NCBI GenBank assembly: GCA_900542245.1
Contig: UQMQ01000001.1
Coordinates: 1-48,820 of the forward strand
DNA from: an uncultured Eubacteriales bacterium
Lineage (GTDB): Bacteria; Bacillota; Clostridia; Peptostreptococcales; Anaerovoracaceae
Length of the DNA stretch: 48,820 nt
Direction: 5' to 3'
Positions 18,622-28,935 of the stretch are shown here, one piece after another. The translations under genes were made by a program, and so were the position numbers. The notes beneath the pieces are model-generated. The model did no database searches. It was not told the origin of the DNA and worked only from the letters and a program-made list of their open reading frames with translations. Numbering within the stretch: position 1 is the first letter of the stretch; each line of letters opens with the position of its first letter.

Positions 18622-18650
18622 GGACCCTGATTCGTTCAGGGTTCTTTTTT
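18622..18650 (+). terminator. Intrinsic terminator after yajC
   Basis: GGACCCTGA-TTCGT-TCAGGGTTC-TTTTTT. Confidence 0.85.
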
Positions 18651-18715
18651 CGTGTAAAATTTGCGTATTTTTGCCCTTTTCCAGAGTTTTTTGTTCTAAA
18701 ATCAACGGTTTGCTC

Positions 18716-18744
18716 TTGTAAGAAAGGCAAAAAAGTAGTAAAAT
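18716..18744 (+). promoter_or_regulatory. SigA-like promoter of secDF
   Basis: TTGTAA-N17-TAAAAT. Confidence 0.55.
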
Positions 18745-18813
18745 GTAATGTAAAATAAAATGCCCCTTTATGGGCATTCATAGAAATCATAAGATATGAG
18801 AGGTTTTTGAAAA

Positions 18814-21036
18814 ATGAGTTTAAAACTGAAACGTGTACTGGCTGTGCTGGTGATCATCGCACTGGTATTCGGCTGGTATGTCACCCTGTTCGGCATCGGT
18901 GACAAGACAAAAGACGGAGCTATCACCTCTGTGAAATCTGCCTTAAAATACGGCCTGGACATCGACGGCGGTGTTTATGTCGTTATGGAGGCTAAGACAG
19001 ACTTGACCGGAGACGAACTCAAGAAGCTGATGGAACAGACCCGCGCGGTACTTGACAATCGTGTCAATCAAATGGGTGTTGCGGAATCCTCCGTCACGAT
19101 CGAAGGCACCAACCGTCTGAGAGTGGAAATTCCGGGCATGGAGGATGCGGAAGACGCCATCAAGGCGATCGGTAAAACCGCACAGTTATACTTCATTCTG
19201 GCAGACGGCAGCGTGGTATTGGACGGTAGCCATGTCAAAGACGCGCAGATTGCGACAGATGGAAGCTACTACAAAATTCTGCTCGACTTTGACAGCGAAG
19301 GCGCGACCTTGTTTGAAGAAGGTACCAGAAAGGCCTTTAATCAGGAAGTGACGCCGACGATCGATGGTCTGCAGGCGAATCAGATCGCGATCGTACTGGA
19401 CGGAGAGATCATCACCAACCCGAACGTGCAGAGCGTCATCAGCGGCGGCAGCTGTGAGATCGAAGGTAAATACAGCAAAGAAGAAGCTTCCATGACCGCG
19501 GCGCTGATTCGAGGCGGCGCGCTTCCGGTGGAACTGGAAGAAGTACAGTCCTCCGTACAGACGGCGACCATCGGCGCACACGCGCTGGACAAGTCCATCG
19601 TGGCAGGCGCAATCGGTCTTGGTATCGTATTCCTGCTGATGCTGATCTTCTATGGCATGCTGGGACTGATCGCAGACATCGCACTGCTGCTGTACGTCAT
19701 CATGTTCATGTGGTCCATGGTCGGACTGGGCGTCGTTATGACCTTACCAGGCATTGCGGCATTGATCCTGTCTATCGGTATGGCTGTTGACGCGAACGTC
19801 ATCATCTTTGCGAGAATCAAAGAGGAAATCTGCGCAGGCAAGACGATTCGCGTGGCGGTCGATGCAGGCTTTAAGAATGCCTTGACGACCGTACTCGACG
19901 CACAGATCACAACCTTGATTGCAGCAGTGGTACTGTACGAGATCGGCACGACCTCCGTCAAGGGCTTCGCACTGACCTTGATGATCGGTATCGTGATCAG
20001 TATTTTTACAGCCGTAGTCATTACACAGCTGTTCATTTCCCTGCTGGCGAACAATCCGAAATTTGCAAAGAATAAGTACTTTGGCGTGAATGATGATTTG
20101 ACGCCGAAGCAGATGTTAAATAAAACTTTCTCATTTATCAAACATAGAAAAGTTTACTACATCATAAGCTGTGTAATCATCATTGCGGGACTGCTGTTTG
20201 CGACGATCGGCGGTATGAACTACGGTATCGACTTTACCGGCGGTACGACCATTCAGGTAGAAATGGGCAAAGAGGTTCCGGTTGCAGACATCGAAAAATC
20301 GCTGGAATCCTATGAGCTTTCTCCACAAATCATCTACGCGGGAGTGGGGAACACCCAGATCGTGATCAAGACGATCAAGTCTTTGGACAATGCAGCTCGT
20401 GCGGAGATCATTGATACCCTGGGTGAAGATTTCGGTATTACGCAGGAGGATGTATTGGCTTCCGAACAGTTCGGACCGTCTGTCGGCGACGAGCTGAAGG
20501 CGAATGCGCTGAAAGCTGTGATCATCGCTTCGATCGGCATGCTGATCTATATCATCTTCCGGTTCAAGTCATGGAAGTATGGTGTGACGGCGATTGCCGG
20601 CGTGGTGCATGACGTCTTAATGGTCATCGCATTCTATGCGATCTTCGGCTATACGGTCAACAATCCGTTTATCGCGGCAATTCTGACTCTGGTCGGATAT
20701 TCCATCAACGATACGATCGTCATCTTCGACCGTATCCGGGAGAACAAGGCTTTGCATCCGAAGGACAACAACGAAACCAATATCGACCTGAGCATCAATC
20801 AGACACTGAACAGAACGATCATGACGTCCTTGACCACACTGGTCGTTATGGTCCCGCTTTGCATTATGGTATCCTCCGCGATCAGAGAGTTTATCATTCC
20901 GCTGATGGTCGGTGTTATCGTAGGATGCTATTCCTCCATCTTTATCTGCAGCCCGCTCTATTATGACCTCTGCAAGAAAGATGAAACATCGAAGTACGTA
21001 TTAAGTACGACAAAAAAGGCAAAAAAGACAAAATAG
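18814..21036 (+). CDS. secDF: Fused protein translocase subunit SecDF
   Basis: GLDIDGG, GMAVDANVIIFARIKEE (SecD) and GIDFTGGT, GYSINDTIVIFDRIRE (SecF) in one ORF. Confidence 0.96.
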   Translation: MSLKLKRVLAVLVIIALVFGWYVTLFGIGDKTKDGAITSVKSALKYGLDIDGGVYVVMEAKTDLTGDELKKLMEQTRAVLDNRVNQMGVAESSVTIEGTNRLRVEIPGMEDAEDAIKAIGKTAQLYFILADGSVVLDGSHVKDAQIATDGSYYKILLDFDSEGATLFEEGTRKAFNQEVTPTIDGLQANQIAIVLDGEIITNPNVQSVISGGSCEIEGKYSKEEASMTAALIRGGALPVELEEVQSSVQTATIGAHALDKSIVAGAIGLGIVFLLMLIFYGMLGLIADIALLLYVIMFMWSMVGLGVVMTLPGIAALILSIGMAVDANVIIFARIKEEICAGKTIRVAVDAGFKNALTTVLDAQITTLIAAVVLYEIGTTSVKGFALTLMIGIVISIFTAVVITQLFISLLANNPKFAKNKYFGVNDDLTPKQMLNKTFSFIKHRKVYYIISCVIIIAGLLFATIGGMNYGIDFTGGTTIQVEMGKEVPVADIEKSLESYELSPQIIYAGVGNTQIVIKTIKSLDNAARAEIIDTLGEDFGITQEDVLASEQFGPSVGDELKANALKAVIIASIGMLIYIIFRFKSWKYGVTAIAGVVHDVLMVIAFYAIFGYTVNNPFIAAILTLVGYSINDTIVIFDRIRENKALHPKDNNETNIDLSINQTLNRTIMTSLTTLVVMVPLCIMVSSAIREFIIPLMVGVIVGCYSSIFICSPLYYDLCKKDETSKYVLSTTKKAKKTK

Positions 21037-21048
21037 GAGCCATGATCT

Positions 21049-23253
21049 ATGACCACAAAAGCTGAATTTTTAGAAAAAATACTAAGTATCAATTCTAAAT
21101 ACAACACCGAGCTGATCGGCAAAGCGTTCGATACCGCCCAGCGCCTGCATGCAGGGCAGCTGCGCAAGAGCGGAGAACCGTATTTCATCCACCCGATTCA
21201 TGTCGCGCTGATCCTTGCGGAGATGGGGATGGATGATGCAACGATCGTCGGTGGGCTTTTGCATGACGTGGTAGAAGATACACCTTACACCAGAGAGCAG
21301 CTCGTCGCCGATTTCGGTGAGGAGATCGCCCTTCTGGTGGACGGTGTGACGAAATTAGGCACGATTAAATTTGAATCCAAAGAGGAAATACAAGCGGAGA
21401 ACTTCCGCAAGATGTTTTTGGCGATGTCCAAGGACATCCGCGTCCTGATCATTAAACTGGCAGACAGACTGCACAACATGCGGACCATGGAGTACATGAG
21501 CCCCGAGAAAAAAATCGAAAAGTGCAACGAAACTCTCGAAATTTACGCGCCGCTTGCCAGCAGGCTCGGTATTTCCAAAGTCAAGTTTGAGCTTGAGGAT
21601 CTGGCACTCAAATATCTGCATCCGCAGGAGTTTCAGGAGCTCAAGGAAAAAGTCAACAAGCGTAAGGAAGAACGCGAGGCGACCATCAATCTGGTCATCA
21701 GCGAGATTCGCGATTCGCTTGACGACATGCACCTGCATTACGACATCTACGGCAGGGCAAAACATTATTACAGCATCTATAAGAAGATGAAATATCAAAA
21801 TAAGCAGATCGACGAGATCTTCGATCTGATCGCAGTCCGTATCATCGTAGACAATGTGAAGGACTGCTACGCGGTACTCGGTATCGTCCATACCATGTGG
21901 AAACCGATCCCGGGTCGATTCAAAGACTATATCGCGATGCCGAAACCGAATATGTACCAATCACTGCATACGACGGTCATCGGCGACAACGGCGAACCGT
22001 TTGAAATTCAGATCCGCACCTATGAGATGCATCAGGTCGCGGAATACGGTATCGCAGCACACTGGAAGTACAAGGAAGGAGATACTTCCGGCAAAGCATC
22101 CAATGACGATATCAAACTGGCATGGCTGCGGCAGTCTCTGGAATGGCAGCAGGACATCAATGACCCGAAGGACTTCCTGGAGACGATGAAAATGGATCTG
22201 TTCGCCAGTCAGGTATTCGTATTCACGCCGCGCGGCGATGTGATCGAGCTGCCGGCGGGTTCAACACCGCTGGACTTCGCCTTTAAGATCCACTCAGCTA
22301 TCGGCTGCAAGTGCGTCGGCGCCAAGGTCAACGGCAAGATGGTGACCATCGATTACACCTTGCAGAACGGTGACATTGTCGAGATCGTCACCTCCGCGAA
22401 CTCAGCGGGACCGAGCATTGACTGGCTGAAGATCGCCAAAAGCTCTAACGCCAGAAACAAGATCCGCAGCTGGCTCAAAAAAGAAAACAAATCCGACACC
22501 ATTGATAAGGGTAAGGATCTTTTAGATAAATATATCCGCAAGCGGGGCTTCGAGCCTGCGGTCTGCGCCAAATCCGCTTTTTTGAACAAAGCGATGAAGG
22601 CAATGAATTTTGCCAACGCAGACGAATGCTATACGCAGCTTGCCAACGGCGGTACGCTGGTCAGCAAGTTTGCAAACCTCCTGTTTGGCTACTATACGGA
22701 CGAGACAAAGACAGAACTTCCAAAGAGCAATGAAGAACTCGCAGCCGAAATCAAGGAAGCAGAAGCGAAAAAATTACGCGATCGCAGAAAATCAGCTGAT
22801 AATCCGGGCATTGTCGTCGAAGGCGCGGACAACCTGATGATCAAACTTGCCAAGTGCTGTAATCCGGTACCGGGAGACGAGATTGTCGGCTTCATCACCA
22901 AAGGACGCGGCATTTCCGTTCACAGACGGGACTGTTCCAATATCGTGGCGCTGCCGGAGCATGAAAAGGCGCGTTTCATCAAGGTGGACTGGGAGGACCT
23001 CAAAGCAGGGAAAGCCTACAATACCGACATCTGCATCATCGGAACGGATCGGAAGGGGATGCTTTCGGATATCTCCAGAGTCTGTGAGGATATGGATATT
23101 CATTTGTCCGGGGTCAATGCGAAAAGCGGCAGAGACGGCAGCTTGACGATGACGATTACCCTGTCGATTTCCAGTACGCAGGAGATGCAGAAGGTGCAGC
23201 GCAGTCTGCGCAATATCGAGGGCGTGACACAGGTTTACAGAGCAAAATCATAA
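21049..23253 (+). CDS. relA: Bifunctional (p)ppGpp synthetase/hydrolase
   Basis: HD domain (LLHDVVEDT, DRLHNMRT), synthetase (YQSLHTT, EIQIRT, AAHWKYK), TGS and ACT domains. Confidence 0.98.
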   Translation: MTTKAEFLEKILSINSKYNTELIGKAFDTAQRLHAGQLRKSGEPYFIHPIHVALILAEMGMDDATIVGGLLHDVVEDTPYTREQLVADFGEEIALLVDGVTKLGTIKFESKEEIQAENFRKMFLAMSKDIRVLIIKLADRLHNMRTMEYMSPEKKIEKCNETLEIYAPLASRLGISKVKFELEDLALKYLHPQEFQELKEKVNKRKEEREATINLVISEIRDSLDDMHLHYDIYGRAKHYYSIYKKMKYQNKQIDEIFDLIAVRIIVDNVKDCYAVLGIVHTMWKPIPGRFKDYIAMPKPNMYQSLHTTVIGDNGEPFEIQIRTYEMHQVAEYGIAAHWKYKEGDTSGKASNDDIKLAWLRQSLEWQQDINDPKDFLETMKMDLFASQVFVFTPRGDVIELPAGSTPLDFAFKIHSAIGCKCVGAKVNGKMVTIDYTLQNGDIVEIVTSANSAGPSIDWLKIAKSSNARNKIRSWLKKENKSDTIDKGKDLLDKYIRKRGFEPAVCAKSAFLNKAMKAMNFANADECYTQLANGGTLVSKFANLLFGYYTDETKTELPKSNEELAAEIKEAEAKKLRDRRKSADNPGIVVEGADNLMIKLAKCCNPVPGDEIVGFITKGRGISVHRRDCSNIVALPEHEKARFIKVDWEDLKAGKAYNTDICIIGTDRKGMLSDISRVCEDMDIHLSGVNAKSGRDGSLTMTITLSISSTQEMQKVQRSLRNIEGVTQVYRAKS

Positions 23254-23288
23254 AAAATAAACGATAAAAGAGAAGGAGTACAGCACAT

Positions 23289-23738
23289 ATGAGAGCAGTC
23301 GTGCAGCGCGTCACACAGGCAGATGTGACCGTAGAGGAAAACGTGACAGGCGCAATCCGGCAGGGTCTGGTCGTTCTATTAGGCGTAGAAGACGGCGATA
23401 CCGAAAAGGATGCGGATTACATCGCAGAAAAGGTGGCAGGACTTCGTATTTTTGACGATGCGGACGGCGTGATGAACCGTTCGGTGCTGGATATCGGCGG
23501 CGGTGTCCTTTCCATCTCACAATTTACGCTGCTGGGCGATGTGCGCAAGGGCAAGCGACCGAGCTATAGCCACGCGGCAAGACCGGAAGCGGCAAAAGCG
23601 CTATACGCATATTTCAATCAGAAGCTGACAGACAAAGGCATTCCGGTCGGCGAAGGCATCTTTCAGGCGGAGATGCTCGTGCGCATTTATAACGATGGAC
23701 CGGTGACCATTTTACTGGACAGCCACAAATTATTTTAG
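23289..23738 (+). CDS. dtd: D-aminoacyl-tRNA deacylase
   Basis: MRAVVQRV, SQFTL and NDGPVT motifs. Confidence 0.98.
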   Translation: MRAVVQRVTQADVTVEENVTGAIRQGLVVLLGVEDGDTEKDADYIAEKVAGLRIFDDADGVMNRSVLDIGGGVLSISQFTLLGDVRKGKRPSYSHAARPEAAKALYAYFNQKLTDKGIPVGEGIFQAEMLVRIYNDGPVTILLDSHKLF

Positions 23739-23747
23739 AGGGAAAAT

Positions 23748-24368
23748 ATGAAAATCATCAGATACATGACAGGACCGATTCAGGTCAACACGTACCTTGC
23801 GTACGATGAAGAAAGCAAAAAAGGATTTATCGTCGATCCGGGCGGTTACTGCAAAGAGCTGACCGAAGAAGTCAAGAAGCTCGGACTGGATATTGTGTAT
23901 ATTATTTTAACACATGGACATGGTGACCATATCGGCGGTGTTGCGGAACACGCGAAGGATTTTCCGAACGCTAAGATTGTGGCGAGCGAAAACGAAACGG
24001 AGCTTCTGCATGACGCAAAGCGCAACGTGTCAACCGAAATGTTCGGCAAACCGATTACGGTAGAGCCGGACCTCTATGTCAAGGACGGCGATGAACTGAC
24101 CGTTGGCAATATGACGCTGCATATTCTTTATACGCCGGGTCATACCAAGGGCGGCATCAGCATTTATGTAAACGGGCACGTTTTTAGCGGGGACACCCTG
24201 TTCCGTTACTCCATCGGCAGAACCGATTTTTACGGCGGCGATTTTCGCGTGCTGATGAATTCCATCAAGGATAAGCTGTTCCTGTTGCCGGATGATACGG
24301 TTGTACTGCCGGGGCATATGGGCTTCACAACGATCGGCGACGAGAAGAAAGGAAATCCTTTTGTATAA
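23748..24368 (+). CDS. MBL-fold metallohydrolase (glyoxalase II-like)
   Basis: THGHGDH, TPGHT, FSGDTLF and PGH motifs. Confidence 0.93.
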   Translation: MKIIRYMTGPIQVNTYLAYDEESKKGFIVDPGGYCKELTEEVKKLGLDIVYIILTHGHGDHIGGVAEHAKDFPNAKIVASENETELLHDAKRNVSTEMFGKPITVEPDLYVKDGDELTVGNMTLHILYTPGHTKGGISIYVNGHVFSGDTLFRYSIGRTDFYGGDFRVLMNSIKDKLFLLPDDTVVLPGHMGFTTIGDEKKGNPFV

Positions 24369-25827
24369 AATTTTACTTCATGGGATCACAAATAAATATG
24401 ATCTGCAGGAGCTGATCAAGGTGTTTCTCTCGCCGGACATGTTCGTGAGCTATACGGACGCGGAGGCAGAAGCAGCGGCGGACTTAGAAGTCAAGTACGA
24501 AAACGGCAATCTCGCGGCAGGCGGGACGCAGCCGGCGGAAATCGCGGCGCCTGCCGCGCAGCCAATCCTGCTTGAGATCAATCAAGCCTTGTCCGCGGAT
24601 AAAAACGAGATCAAACGAGAAATTTACCGTAAACTAGCTGCGGTAACCGGATATGAGCCGGAGTGGGGCATTCTGACGGGCGTGCGTCCGGTCAAGCTGG
24701 CAGGAGAGCTGCTTGATCGTCTGCAGGATATGGAGGCGGTACGCAGAACACTCCGCGAGGACTATCTGCTGGCAGAGTCCAAGATCGATCTCCTCACAGA
24801 TACCTTAGCCTATCAGCGGGAGGTCTGCGGCAAGGCAGCTCCGGATTCGGTCGGCGTTTATATCGGGATTCCGTTCTGTCCGACTCGATGCCTTTACTGT
24901 TCTTTTACTTCCAATCAGGTGCCGGACGCGGAGATCGCGCGCTATCTGGAGGCATTAAAGCAAGAAATTGCGTATGTCGGCAGACGCATGCGGCAGACCG
25001 GACTTTGGGCGGAGAGCATCTATATCGGCGGCGGCACACCGACCACGCTGACGGCAGAGCAGCTCGATGCGCTGCTGGGAACGGTGGAGGCTGCGATAGA
25101 CCTGAGCAAACTAAAGGAATTTACGGTAGAAGCCGGCCGTCCCGAAACCATCACCTATGAGAAGCTGGAAGTGCTGCAGCAGCACCATATCGCACGCATC
25201 AGCATCAATCCGCAGTCGATGCATGCAAAGACTTTGGACCTCATCGGGCGGGCGCATCGTCCGGATGATATTGTCAAAGCATTTCAGCGCGCGGACTGGG
25301 TCGGGATTCCGATCGTCAACGCAGATGTCATTACCGGTCTGCCGGAGGAATCACCTGCTGATTTCGCGGAGACGATGGAGGCGCTTCTGGCGCTCGACCC
25401 GGAGAATATTACGGTGCATACGCTGGCGGTCAAACGCGCCTCGCGCCTTGTGGAAGTGGATAAGGATTTTCACTATAAGCAGGGAGAAACCGTTAAGGAA
25501 ATGCTGGCTGTCGCGCAGCAGAAGCTCAAGACAGCAGGCTTCCGTCCGTATTATCTGTACAGACAGAAGCATATGGCAGGTGCCTTTGAGAATACAGGGT
25601 ACTGCAAGGGCGATACGCCTTGCATCTATAACATTCGCATCATGGAGGAGAAGCAGACCATTCTGGCGCTCGGCGCCGGCGGCATCAGCAAGATCTACTA
25701 CCCGGACGAAAACCGTCTGGAACGGGTGCCGAATGTTTCCAATTATGAGATCTATATTTCCAGATTAGAGGAAATGCTGGATAGAAAAGAACAGAATATT
25801 TTTAAGGAGGTAGAAAAGAGATGTTAA
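24361..25827 (+). CDS. hemZ: HemZ (HemN-like radical SAM protein); probable TTG start at 24361
   Basis: WGILTGVRP, IPFCPTRCLYCSF, GGGTPT, TVEAGRPET and YYLYRQK motifs; typical dtd-MBL-hemZ-hisS synteny. Confidence 0.92.
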   Translation: MYKILLHGITNKYDLQELIKVFLSPDMFVSYTDAEAEAAADLEVKYENGNLAAGGTQPAEIAAPAAQPILLEINQALSADKNEIKREIYRKLAAVTGYEPEWGILTGVRPVKLAGELLDRLQDMEAVRRTLREDYLLAESKIDLLTDTLAYQREVCGKAAPDSVGVYIGIPFCPTRCLYCSFTSNQVPDAEIARYLEALKQEIAYVGRRMRQTGLWAESIYIGGGTPTTLTAEQLDALLGTVEAAIDLSKLKEFTVEAGRPETITYEKLEVLQQHHIARISINPQSMHAKTLDLIGRAHRPDDIVKAFQRADWVGIPIVNADVITGLPEESPADFAETMEALLALDPENITVHTLAVKRASRLVEVDKDFHYKQGETVKEMLAVAQQKLKTAGFRPYYLYRQKHMAGAFENTGYCKGDTPCIYNIRIMEEKQTILALGAGGISKIYYPDENRLERVPNVSNYEIYISRLEEMLDRKEQNIFKEVEKRC

Positions 25828-27110
25828 CGAACGCACCGAAAGGGACGAAGGATATCATGCCGGATCAGGTGTACAAGTGGCATTACATCGAAAAGAAGTG
25901 GAAAGACGTGTGCCAACGCTACGGCTTCAAGGAAATCAGAACCCCGATCTTTGAACATACAGAATTATTCCAGAGAGGGATCGGCGATACCACCGATGTC
26001 GTGCAGAAAGAAATGTATACCTTCAACGATCATGGCGGACGTTCCATTACGCTGAAGCCGGAAGGCACCTCTCCGGCGGTACGTGCTTTCATCGAACATA
26101 AGATGTACGCGGAAGTGCAGCCGATCAAGCTCTACTACGATATCCCTTGTTTCCGTTATGAAAAGCCGCAGTCCGGCCGTCTGAGACAGTTCCATCAGTT
26201 CGGTGTGGAAACCTTCGGTACGCCGAATATGGTCGCGGACGCGGAGATCATCGCGATCGGCTACGATTTTCTGACCTCTATGGGCGTGTCCGATCTGACA
26301 CTGGAGATCAACTCTGTCGGATGCCCGCACTGCCGCGCGGAGCACAGAAAAGCGCTGAAGGAGTTCTTAGCACCGAAGTTCGATCAGCTCTGTGATACCT
26401 GCAAATCCAGATATGACAAGAACCCGATGCGTATCCTCGACTGCAAGAGCCCGCAGGATCAGGAGCTTGTGCAGGGTGCGCCGATGATGATCGACTTTTT
26501 ATGTGATGACTGCAAAAAGGCATTTGAGGAGCTGCAGCAGAATTTGGATGCCATCGGCATTCCATATGTCATCAATCCGAAAATCGTCAGAGGGCTGGAC
26601 TACTACACGAAAACAGCCTTTGAATTCGTGACGAACAGTCTTGGCGCGCAGGGCACTGTCTGCGGCGGCGGCAGATATGATAATCTGGTGCAGGAGGTCG
26701 GCGGACCGCCGATCCCGGGCGTCGGCTTCGGTCTCGGCAAGGAAAGATTGCTGATGCTGATGGAAGCGAACGGCGTGGAGATTCCGAAACCGTCCGCATG
26801 TGATGTTTTCATCGCCACCATGGGCGAAAAAGCAAAGCTCTGCGGACAGAAGCTGCTGTTTACGCTGCGCAGAGACGGCTATAAGTGCCAGATCGATGAT
26901 CTGCAGAGAAACTTCAAGGGACAGTTCAAATACGCAGACAGACTGGGCGCGAAGCTGGCGGTTGTCATCGGTGACAACGAGCTGGAGCATGGCGTCGCGA
27001 CCTGCAAGGATATGATCAGCGGTGAGCAGACAGAAGTCCGGTTTGAGGACTTGAAAGCTGAAATTGACAAGCGCCTCTCAGCTGAGCCGCAGGAATGCAA
27101 GGATAAATAG
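25821..27110 (+). CDS. hisS: Histidine--tRNA ligase
   Basis: KGTKD, LKPEGT, FRYEKPQSGRLRQFHQ, VRGLDYY and GGGRYD motifs. Confidence 0.98.
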   Translation: MLTNAPKGTKDIMPDQVYKWHYIEKKWKDVCQRYGFKEIRTPIFEHTELFQRGIGDTTDVVQKEMYTFNDHGGRSITLKPEGTSPAVRAFIEHKMYAEVQPIKLYYDIPCFRYEKPQSGRLRQFHQFGVETFGTPNMVADAEIIAIGYDFLTSMGVSDLTLEINSVGCPHCRAEHRKALKEFLAPKFDQLCDTCKSRYDKNPMRILDCKSPQDQELVQGAPMMIDFLCDDCKKAFEELQQNLDAIGIPYVINPKIVRGLDYYTKTAFEFVTNSLGAQGTVCGGGRYDNLVQEVGGPPIPGVGFGLGKERLLMLMEANGVEIPKPSACDVFIATMGEKAKLCGQKLLFTLRRDGYKCQIDDLQRNFKGQFKYADRLGAKLAVVIGDNELEHGVATCKDMISGEQTEVRFEDLKAEIDKRLSAEPQECKDK

Positions 27111-27130
27111 AAACAGGAGAAGTATGAGAT

Positions 27131-28897
27131 ATGAGCAATATTTTTAAGAGAACGCACATGTGCGGCACGCTGAACCTCAGCAACGCGGGGCAGGAAGTCG
27201 TACTCAACGGCTGGGTCGCGAAGAGAAGAAACCTCGGCGGACTGATCTTCGTGGATTTGAGAGACAAAACCGGCATCGTGCAGGTGACCTTTGATGATCA
27301 GATTCCGCAGGAACTGTTTGAAAGAGCAGATGCGCTCAGAAGCGAATATGTCATCGGCGTCAAGGGCATCGTAAAGGAGAGAAGCGCCAAGAATGAAAAT
27401 CTCCCGACCGGCGAGATCGAGGTGTTCGCGACCGATCTGGTGCTGTATGCCGAAGCAGATACGCCGCCGATCTACATCAAGGACGATGATAACGTGGACG
27501 ATAATCTGCGTCTCAAATACCGCTATCTGGATCTGAGAAAGACCAAGATGCAGCGCAATCTGACCTTCCGTCACAAGGTCTGCAAATGTGCCAGAGACTA
27601 TTTCGACGCGAACGGTTTTACCGAAGTGGAAACCCCGATGCTGATCAAATCCACACCGGAGGGTGCCAGAGACTATATCGTACCGTCCCGCGTGTATCCG
27701 GGTGAGTTCTACGCGCTGCCGCAGTCTCCGCAGCTGTTCAAGCAGCTTCTGATGGTCGGCGGTACCGACCGCTACATGCAGATCGTCAAGTGCTTCCGCG
27801 ATGAGGACCTGCGTGCCGACCGGCAGCCGGAGTTTACGCAGATCGATCTGGAGATGTCCTTCGTGGATCAGGACGATGTCATCGCGATGCAGGAGGGTTT
27901 CCTAGCCAAGGTGTTCCGCGAGCTCAAGGGCGTGGAAATCCAGCTGCCGCTGCCGCGCATCACCTGGGATGAAGCGATGGAACGCTACGGTTCTGATAAG
28001 CCGGATACGAGATTCGGCTTTGAACTCAAAAAACTGAACGATGTCGTAAAAGACTGCGGCTTCAAGGTTTTTACCGATTGTCTGACAAACGGCGGCGACG
28101 TCAGAGGCATCTGCGTGACCGGCGGTTCCGAGCAGTTCAGCCGTAAGGATATCGATAAACTGACGGACATGACCAAGGCTTACGGCGCGAAAGGTCTTGT
28201 CTGGATTCGCGTGCATGAGGGCGAATACAAATCCTCTGTAGATAAATTCTTCTCGCAGGAGGAGCTTGCGGAGATCGCAAAGGTGTTCGACGCGAAGACG
28301 GAGGATCTGATCTTTATCTGCTCCGATCGGGCGAAGGTAACCTATGATTCTCTGGGCTTCCTCAGAAGAGAATGCGCAAAGAGAATGGGACTTTTGGACG
28401 ACGAGCAGTACAATCTGCTGTGGGTCGTTGACTTCCCGATGTTCGAAGAGGACGAAGAAGATCACTCGCTCAAGGCGATGCACCACCCGTTCACCTGCCC
28501 GAAGCTGGATCAGCTGGAGCTTTTGGATACCGATCCGCTGGCAGTCAAGGCAGACGCCTATGATATCGTTTTGAACGGCGTAGAGCTGGGCGGCGGTTCG
28601 GTCAGAATCCATGACAAGAATCTGCAGGCGAAGATGTTCGAGGTACTGGGTCTGACGAAGGAGGACTGCGATGAAAAGTTCGGCTTCCTGATTGAAGCCT
28701 TCAAATACGGCGCGCCGCCGCACGCAGGGCTTGCTTACGGTCTGGACCGTTTCGTGATGCTCCTGCTCGGTGAACCGTCGATCCGCGAAGTCATCGCGTT
28801 CCCGAAGAATCAGAACGCGCAGTGCCTGGTTTCCAGCGCGCCGTCACCGGTCGATCAGACACAGCTTGACGAGCTCGGCATTACGACAAAGGAATAA
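27131..28897 (+). CDS. aspS: Aspartate--tRNA ligase
   Basis: RTHMCG, LPQSPQLFKQ, FRDEDLRADRQPEF and GAPPHAG motifs. Confidence 0.98.
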   Translation: MSNIFKRTHMCGTLNLSNAGQEVVLNGWVAKRRNLGGLIFVDLRDKTGIVQVTFDDQIPQELFERADALRSEYVIGVKGIVKERSAKNENLPTGEIEVFATDLVLYAEADTPPIYIKDDDNVDDNLRLKYRYLDLRKTKMQRNLTFRHKVCKCARDYFDANGFTEVETPMLIKSTPEGARDYIVPSRVYPGEFYALPQSPQLFKQLLMVGGTDRYMQIVKCFRDEDLRADRQPEFTQIDLEMSFVDQDDVIAMQEGFLAKVFRELKGVEIQLPLPRITWDEAMERYGSDKPDTRFGFELKKLNDVVKDCGFKVFTDCLTNGGDVRGICVTGGSEQFSRKDIDKLTDMTKAYGAKGLVWIRVHEGEYKSSVDKFFSQEELAEIAKVFDAKTEDLIFICSDRAKVTYDSLGFLRRECAKRMGLLDDEQYNLLWVVDFPMFEEDEEDHSLKAMHHPFTCPKLDQLELLDTDPLAVKADAYDIVLNGVELGGGSVRIHDKNLQAKMFEVLGLTKEDCDEKFGFLIEAFKYGAPPHAGLAYGLDRFVMLLLGEPSIREVIAFPKNQNAQCLVSSAPSPVDQTQLDELGITTKE

Positions 28898-28935
28898 GCA
28901 GATAACGCAGAATTATAGAAAGGAATCCGCTTCCC

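Noticed and set aside
18814..21036. SecD-SecF fusion as a novelty
   Set aside because: Well known in Bacillus and many other bacteria.
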